A DNA stretch of 64,000 bases from Sporopachydermia quercuum (lineage: Eukaryota). The notes under the pieces were generated by a model that saw only the letters and a program-made list of their open reading frames with translations, ran no database searches and was not told the origin of the DNA. Shown piece by piece: positions 58,657 through 64,000 of the stretch. Within the stretch, counting starts at the first letter, position 1; every line of letters starts with the position of its first letter. Position numbers and translations under genes: made by a program. The stretch spans positions 1,240,001 to 1,304,000 of the forward strand of contig BCGN01000005.1 in the NCBI GenBank assembly GCA_001599295.1, written 5' to 3'.

Positions 58657-59757
58657 TCACGATACTGCTATTCAGGCACTACTGTCGTGCTATAAGCATT
58701 TCATTGAAAAGTTTTGATACCTACCTCCAGGAAGCTCAATGATAAAGCATAAAACAAACAACAGTAACAGATTTTACTCTTCTGTTGAGTACAATAGGAT
58801 ATTTTGCGTACAATAGAATGGGATATTCCGGTCGCTCATTAGTAATTATGTTTCCATGGTGGCTGGACAATCTCCTATGTGTATATCAGGAAAACAGATA
58901 CAATCATTTCCTGTTGATTGTATCTTATTGTTGATAAAGCATTAATCTTCATATCTTCTCTCAGTTGTTTAACTGGTTGTTCTATATGCTATATCTATCA
59001 AGTGAAGAACAATTGCATTGAAAAGGTAACTTCAAGAGTCTCTCTCGTGCTGGATGCTACTTCAGTTTGTCATCTGATTAGCGAAGATGCTGAACTATCA
59101 TCATCACTAGTGGTTCATTATTGGAATGAACCTCTGTTCCAGCAGAGCCTTTCAGTACCCCGAAACTAAGCAAGGAATCAAAGTGGTATGTATAAGAGTG
59201 AGATTTCATTTTGTTTTCATACATACTTTCAAATATTATAATAACGGTCAGCTACAGCTATATTTTATCTATCAACGTTTGCTCTATATTAGGTGTACAC
59301 TTTTTATAGATCCTTCGCGATCACTACCAACCAGCTTACCTTCTTACTTTTTGCTCCTAGCTCAAATATTTACTGTTCAGTTACCTATCATCCACTATAT
59401 TAGCGTTTACAATTCAATTAAAAAATCAAACCAATTTTGTTTATTTGATAAACTAACAATAAATAAAATCAACCTACCAGCAGTTTCAAAAAGAATATAT
59501 AAAATTTAATAACTAATATAAAAAATTGATAAACCGATTAAGATAACATAATAAATAAAGAATAAATAAATAGAACAGATAGCTGCCTTTATTTCGTAAA
59601 TAACCAGAGAATATCCGATATGTTTGTATTACATGATAAGCAAGTAGTGAACAGAAGTGTGCTGTTAAATATACTTATCCTATCACCACAACATTAACGA
59701 TATCTCACCAATTCCCATCTTACCCCAAATCACTAACCAAAATACCTAAAGAATCAT

Positions 59758-59843
59758 TATAACATGATAAACAAAACAAAGGTTTGATATCAGTGTTTTC
59801 TATAACATGATAAACAAAACAAAGATTTGATATCAGTGTTTTC
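59758..59843. repeat. 43-bp tandem duplication (one mismatch) in the CAT8 3' UTR
   Basis: TATAACATGATAAACAAAACAAAG(G/A)TTTGATATCAGTGTTTTC at 59758-59800 and 59801-59843. Confidence 0.9.
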
Positions 59844-59883
59844 TTCTTTCATCTTTTTTTTTCTTTGTTTTCTTCCCCTTTCA

Positions 59884-62800
59884 TTAAAAAGGAACATTTC
59901 GCCAATCCACAGTTCCTAATTCTTCTTTTTGTATGTCTCTCATAAATAGATTCATTTCGTCTTCTGGGAAGGAAAATTTGCTGTTTTCCTCGTCTCTTTC
60001 AAAATCACATTCATAGCTTGAAACAGAATGAACTGTTCCGTTATATGGTGAAGCTGAAAATGCTGTTGAAGCTCCAGACATGATAGAATTTGTTGGACTA
60101 TTGCTCTGATCATCACTATTATTACAACTATCGTCGCTCTTAGCTTTATCCGAGATAGTGTTAAGGAATAATAGATCATTAATAGCAGTTGATTCAAAAT
60201 CAAGGTAGTTCAACATAACATCATTCAAAGCAGAAGAAGATGCTGAGTTTGAATTGCTTATGCCAGTGTTGCTAGCAGTAGTGGATTTAGTACTTGAACT
60301 GTTTCCATCATTGCCTGCACCTGTGCCTGTGGCTGTCAAATGGTAGTCAAATGATGACAGAATGTTATTTTGATAACTTGAAGGAGATTCTGCTTTAACA
60401 TCAGTCTTTTGAAAGTCCTCATTACCATTATCATGAGAATTGTTCAATTGTTGATGAATGCTATTGTTGTTCTTATTAGCATTATTTTTCTTTGCATTCA
60501 CATTATTCATGCTTGAGTTTATTTGAACAGGTAATGAGACATGACATAAATGTTCCTTTCCATTGTTGTTATCAGCTGGAATAGTAATAGAAGGAATGAC
60601 TGAGTGTTTCTTGCTTCTACCATTTGTCGATTTAGCCATAATAGGAATTTCCCTTCGAGTACTTGGAGACGGTAAAGAAGAAGTAGATACTGATGACATC
60701 AATGACTGAATGCTACTGACTCTTGGTATACTAGTAGAGGGGCTAACCGAAGCTTGATGATCTGGGAAGGGATTAGGAGATCCGTCTGACTTCTTTGTAT
60801 TATTATCATTAGAAGCATTAGCAGTATTGTTCTTCTTTCCTCTTGATCTCTTTGGTTCAGCTGATGATGATCTTCTACCTTTCTTATCAATTTCAGACGA
60901 ACTCGAAATAGCAGAATGAGATGGAAGTTTCTTCGCTGAAATTACTAACAATTCATCAAACATACTTTCTAGAGATTTGTAAGAGGTTTTAGTGATTTCA
61001 CCAAGTTTTTCATTGTTGGTATAATCATAGACAGATTCTAATGTCTTAGAAACAATCTTTTTCATCTCTTGGAGTAAGGCACCTCCTTTCGAGTAATCAA
61101 CAGCACCATAGGAAGCAATCATTAAAATGAACATATTGATTCTGCTTGGATTCCAGCAAACGGAAGGAACAATTTTCCGGGAGAATAAATAGTTGTTGAT
61201 CTGCAAGTAATTTCTAGCGCTTTGGATAATGGCAACATAAGCAGCAGAACCTCTAGTATTAACTGAATTATCATCAGGTTTTAAAGGAGTAGCAACCGCA
61301 GGTAAATGAATCAAAATTCTAGCATAATGGAACATCATTGATAATACAGGAGCTTTTTGATGCAATGCAGATGAACTTGATGTTGGCGTACCATTAACAA
61401 AAGCAAATCGAAGACTTGCTGGCAATTCTCTTTCCCATGTCTCAAGCTTATCTTCTAAACAGATCATTGACTTGTATGAGTGGTTATGACTTGTACGAGT
61501 GTGTGCCATTTCAATAATTTCACCAAGAATTTTAGAAAATGTGAACAAATGATAATAGCAGTTATTCTTTTTACTGTTAGTATTGTTATCGGATATCTTA
61601 GGTAAAGTACATTCAACATTTGAATCATTGATAAGCCTGGGAATACCTGTGACAGCACTTGTAAAGCAGTCAAAAGAGTAACACGTCCAAAAGAGATTTC
61701 TGCGTGTTTCTTGTTCATTTAACGATAATTGTTTTCCATTGCTAAGTAGAATCGACTTAGGACATCTATGAAGACCAAGTAAGTGCATGCAATTGACTGA
61801 CATAGATCTAAAATGACTCATTGCTTTATAGTCACCCAAATGTTGAGTTAGCAATTGAGAGAGCAAAAGCGTCTTCAAGTTACCAATTGAAATCTCTGAT
61901 TGAAGTTCAAACGAATATACCTTTTTCCATTCTTCGTTCAAAGAATNAGAAATCTCCACTGGAGTAGATCTCGATAATATACATGACAAGCAAAGAATCA
62001 ATAACAACTGAATAGCAAATTGATGCTTGCCATTCAATGAATCTCCAACAAGAATTTCATGAAAAGAACATTCCATACATTTCGTAATAACATTGTAGTC
62101 ACTGAAGAAATCATGCTCATCGATGATAGGGTAAACTGACATCCATTCTTGAAAAAATTGAGTCACTAATTGATCCATTAACAGTCTTGATGGAAAACCA
62201 ATAGATTTATATAATTCAATTGAGTTGATTGAACTTGATTCGCTGTTTGAAATGTCAGTAAGACTTTGAAAAACTTTCAAAAGTTTTATATTGCGTGATG
62301 GTTTCTTTTGTTTGATCTTAGTCTCTAAAGCACCTATAAATGCTCCACCAGCTGATGAGCCCATGTATCGTGAGTTTTCAGTGAGAATATTCATTTGCTG
62401 GACTTCGTATTCATCGTTATCTTCATCGTCATTTTCTGATGTTGATCCGTGTAGTAATGAGCCTGCTGGTGATTGAGAAGACCCCATCATTGAATTATAA
62501 CTCACTGGTGGGGATATATCAGAGTCAGTTGTTGAAGAAGCTCCTAGTTTATTAGTCAAATTTCTGATTGATAATCCAGGAGAATTCAGTGCGTCAACTC
62601 GTGACAGCATTTCCAGCTGTTCATCTTTGATATCAAGCAAACCCATCATCTTCTGGTTCTCTGATTCAAGTTGTCTTACTCGATCTTCCAAAGACTCGGT
62701 GTATCCTCTTGGGAATGCTCTTCTTGATAGACGATCAGAAGTTTTACACTCAAATCCAACAGCAGCACATTGTGAACAATGAGGTCTTTTACCATCACAG

Positions 62801-62901
62801 CGAATCTTTTTACTTCTACAACGATCACATGCTTGTGAAATTCTATCNGTGTGACTTCCAGGTGGTTTGATGAGTTTCCAGGCTTGAGCACCGTCAGGCA
62901 T
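59884..62901 (-). CDS. CAT8: Zn(II)2Cys6 transcription activator of gluconeogenesis/acetate use, Cat8/FacB family
   Basis: [60 protein letters not shown] is the Cat8/FacB signature; middle homology region LGLHR...[10 protein letters not shown]-rich tail with acidic-aromatic end. Confidence 0.88.
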   Translation of the reverse strand: MPDGAQAWKLIKPPGSHXDRISQACDRCRSKKIRCDGKRPHCSQCAAVGFECKTSDRLSRRAFPRGYTESLEDRVRQLESENQKMMGLLDIKDEQLEMLSRVDALNSPGLSIRNLTNKLGASSTTDSDISPPVSYNSMMGSSQSPAGSLLHGSTSENDDEDNDEYEVQQMNILTENSRYMGSSAGGAFIGALETKIKQKKPSRNIKLLKVFQSLTDISNSESSSINSIELYKSIGFPSRLLMDQLVTQFFQEWMSVYPIIDEHDFFSDYNVITKCMECSFHEILVGDSLNGKHQFAIQLLLILCLSCILSRSTPVEISXSLNEEWKKVYSFELQSEISIGNLKTLLLSQLLTQHLGDYKAMSHFRSMSVNCMHLLGLHRCPKSILLSNGKQLSLNEQETRRNLFWTCYSFDCFTSAVTGIPRLINDSNVECTLPKISDNNTNSKKNNCYYHLFTFSKILGEIIEMAHTRTSHNHSYKSMICLEDKLETWERELPASLRFAFVNGTPTSSSSALHQKAPVLSMMFHYARILIHLPAVATPLKPDDNSVNTRGSAAYVAIIQSARNYLQINNYLFSRKIVPSVCWNPSRINMFILMIASYGAVDYSKGGALLQEMKKIVSKTLESVYDYTNNEKLGEITKTSYKSLESMFDELLVISAKKLPSHSAISSSSEIDKKGRRSSSAEPKRSRGKKNNTANASNDNNTKKSDGSPNPFPDHQASVSPSTSIPRVSSIQSLMSSVSTSSLPSPSTRREIPIMAKSTNGRSKKHSVIPSITIPADNNNGKEHLCHVSLPVQINSSMNNVNAKKNNANKNNNSIHQQLNNSHDNGNEDFQKTDVKAESPSSYQNNILSSFDYHLTATGTGAGNDGNSSSTKSTTASNTGISNSNSASSSALNDVMLNYLDFESTAINDLLFLNTISDKAKSDDSCNNSDDQSNSPTNSIMSGASTAFSASPYNGTVHSVSSYECDFERDEENSKFSFPEDEMNLFMRDIQKEELGTVDWRNVPF

Positions 62902-63373
62902 TATGAAGGTATCTCGTTGATATAAGTTTTAAGTGCGTGACTGACGCTTTGGCCGAGATTAATATTATGATATTGAATCTGGTGTTGAAATGATGTTTAG
63001 GAATTCTATTCTGTATTAGAAAAGGTTATGTTTGACAAAAACTGTTATCAAAACACGTTTCAATAATAGCTGATTACAGCGCCAACTGTTGTAGGGTACA
63101 GCAATTCTTACTTTATAACTAACTGGTAGGTAGTAAACAAAAAATGGATACTGGTAAAATGATTGAGGTTGGTTCCTTGAATTAAAATGACAGGAATCAA
63201 ACAAATAAGAGCACCATCTACTTTTCTATAACCAAAATGTATCTTTAGAAAGAAAAGAAGACGTTGAACATAGAAATACTGAGGATATGATAGGATTAAA
63301 AAGAATTTTGGATATTCCGAAAGAAACGAGTAAGAGCGTTTGAACTGAAACTTTGCCTGATTTGCAACATTTT

Positions 63374-63817
63374 CTGGGGATTTCTTAATCTTAATCTTAA
63401 CTTTAACTCTAAATAGACCACCAGACCCTTTACATTAATTATTGGTCCCTAGTTAAAAGAGAAAGATCACTCCTTTCTACATAAATTATGGGGAACTGAA
63501 GGGTAGATAAAAAAATTATATAAATATATAAACTGTATTGTTAGGATGAGGCTGAACGACATTGTTACTTTTCACTGAGAGGAGCAAGTAAATTGAATTC
63601 ACTTTTCGTACTTTAGTTATTAAATGGAATTACCCTCCATCAAAAAGGTGGTTTTCACTCAGCAATTACGTTCATTTACCTGTCGATATTGATTATTAAT
63701 GTTGACAATATTATCTATCAACGATTACTGAAACCTAAAACTCGGGCCCTTCGCAGGATAAAAATCATTCCATAGTTCTCCATAAAACACCCCAGTTATA
63801 GTAATTGAATGGAGGGG
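63374..63817. promoter_or_regulatory. Mig1/CreA-type boxes and an STRE upstream of CAT8
   Basis: ATTTT-CTGGGG 63374-63379, CCCCAG-TTATA 63790-63795, AGGGG 63813-63817. Confidence 0.45.
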
Positions 63818-64000
63818 CAGTTCCTGAATATTCCAACCACTACCAAACAAGCAACCAATAACTGCAAGGAAGAACTAATACCAATTCAGGCTATCGTTAA
63901 ATTGCTAGAATTAAGTTTGGCTCATCAAGTTGATATTTCAAAGTGCCAATTGGTTCGTAACCCATTTTGGTAAAATATGGTCAAGCCCACTCACTCCTTG

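Overview
AT-rich nuclear DNA from an intron-containing budding yeast, probably an early-diverging Saccharomycotina lineage. Evidence: introns read GTATGT/GTAAGT/GTACGT ... (TA)CTAAC ... YAG, CTG decodes as Leu at conserved positions, and Set9 and an XRCC4-type protein are present. I count 19 protein-coding genes: UBR1 (3' end outside the window), an orphan 729-aa coiled-coil protein, DPB2, BET2, PRP4, HDA3, AOS1, SEC23, GAB1, ALT1, TEL2, a DUF4112 protein, SET9, DED1, MRN1, XRCC4/LIF1, LSG1, USE1 and CAT8/FacB. Eight are split by introns that the ORF track misses; I rebuilt their exons by hand. I found no tRNA, rRNA, snRNA, CRISPR array or intact transposon, and no clear-cut new multi-gene system; this is mostly housekeeping chromosome. 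The most interesting unexplained signals are a 300-nt AOS1 intron that folds almost entirely into a nested rod-like hairpin (smaller fold-backs occur in other introns), canonical introns outside any coding sequence (upstream of GAB1 and between LSG1 and USE1), the orphan gene sharing a G1/S-type promoter with DPB2, a GATAAG cluster upstream of UBR1, and an uneven spread of ambiguous N bases suggesting heterozygosity with a ~20-kb homozygous tract. Gene identities come from recalled motifs, not database searches.
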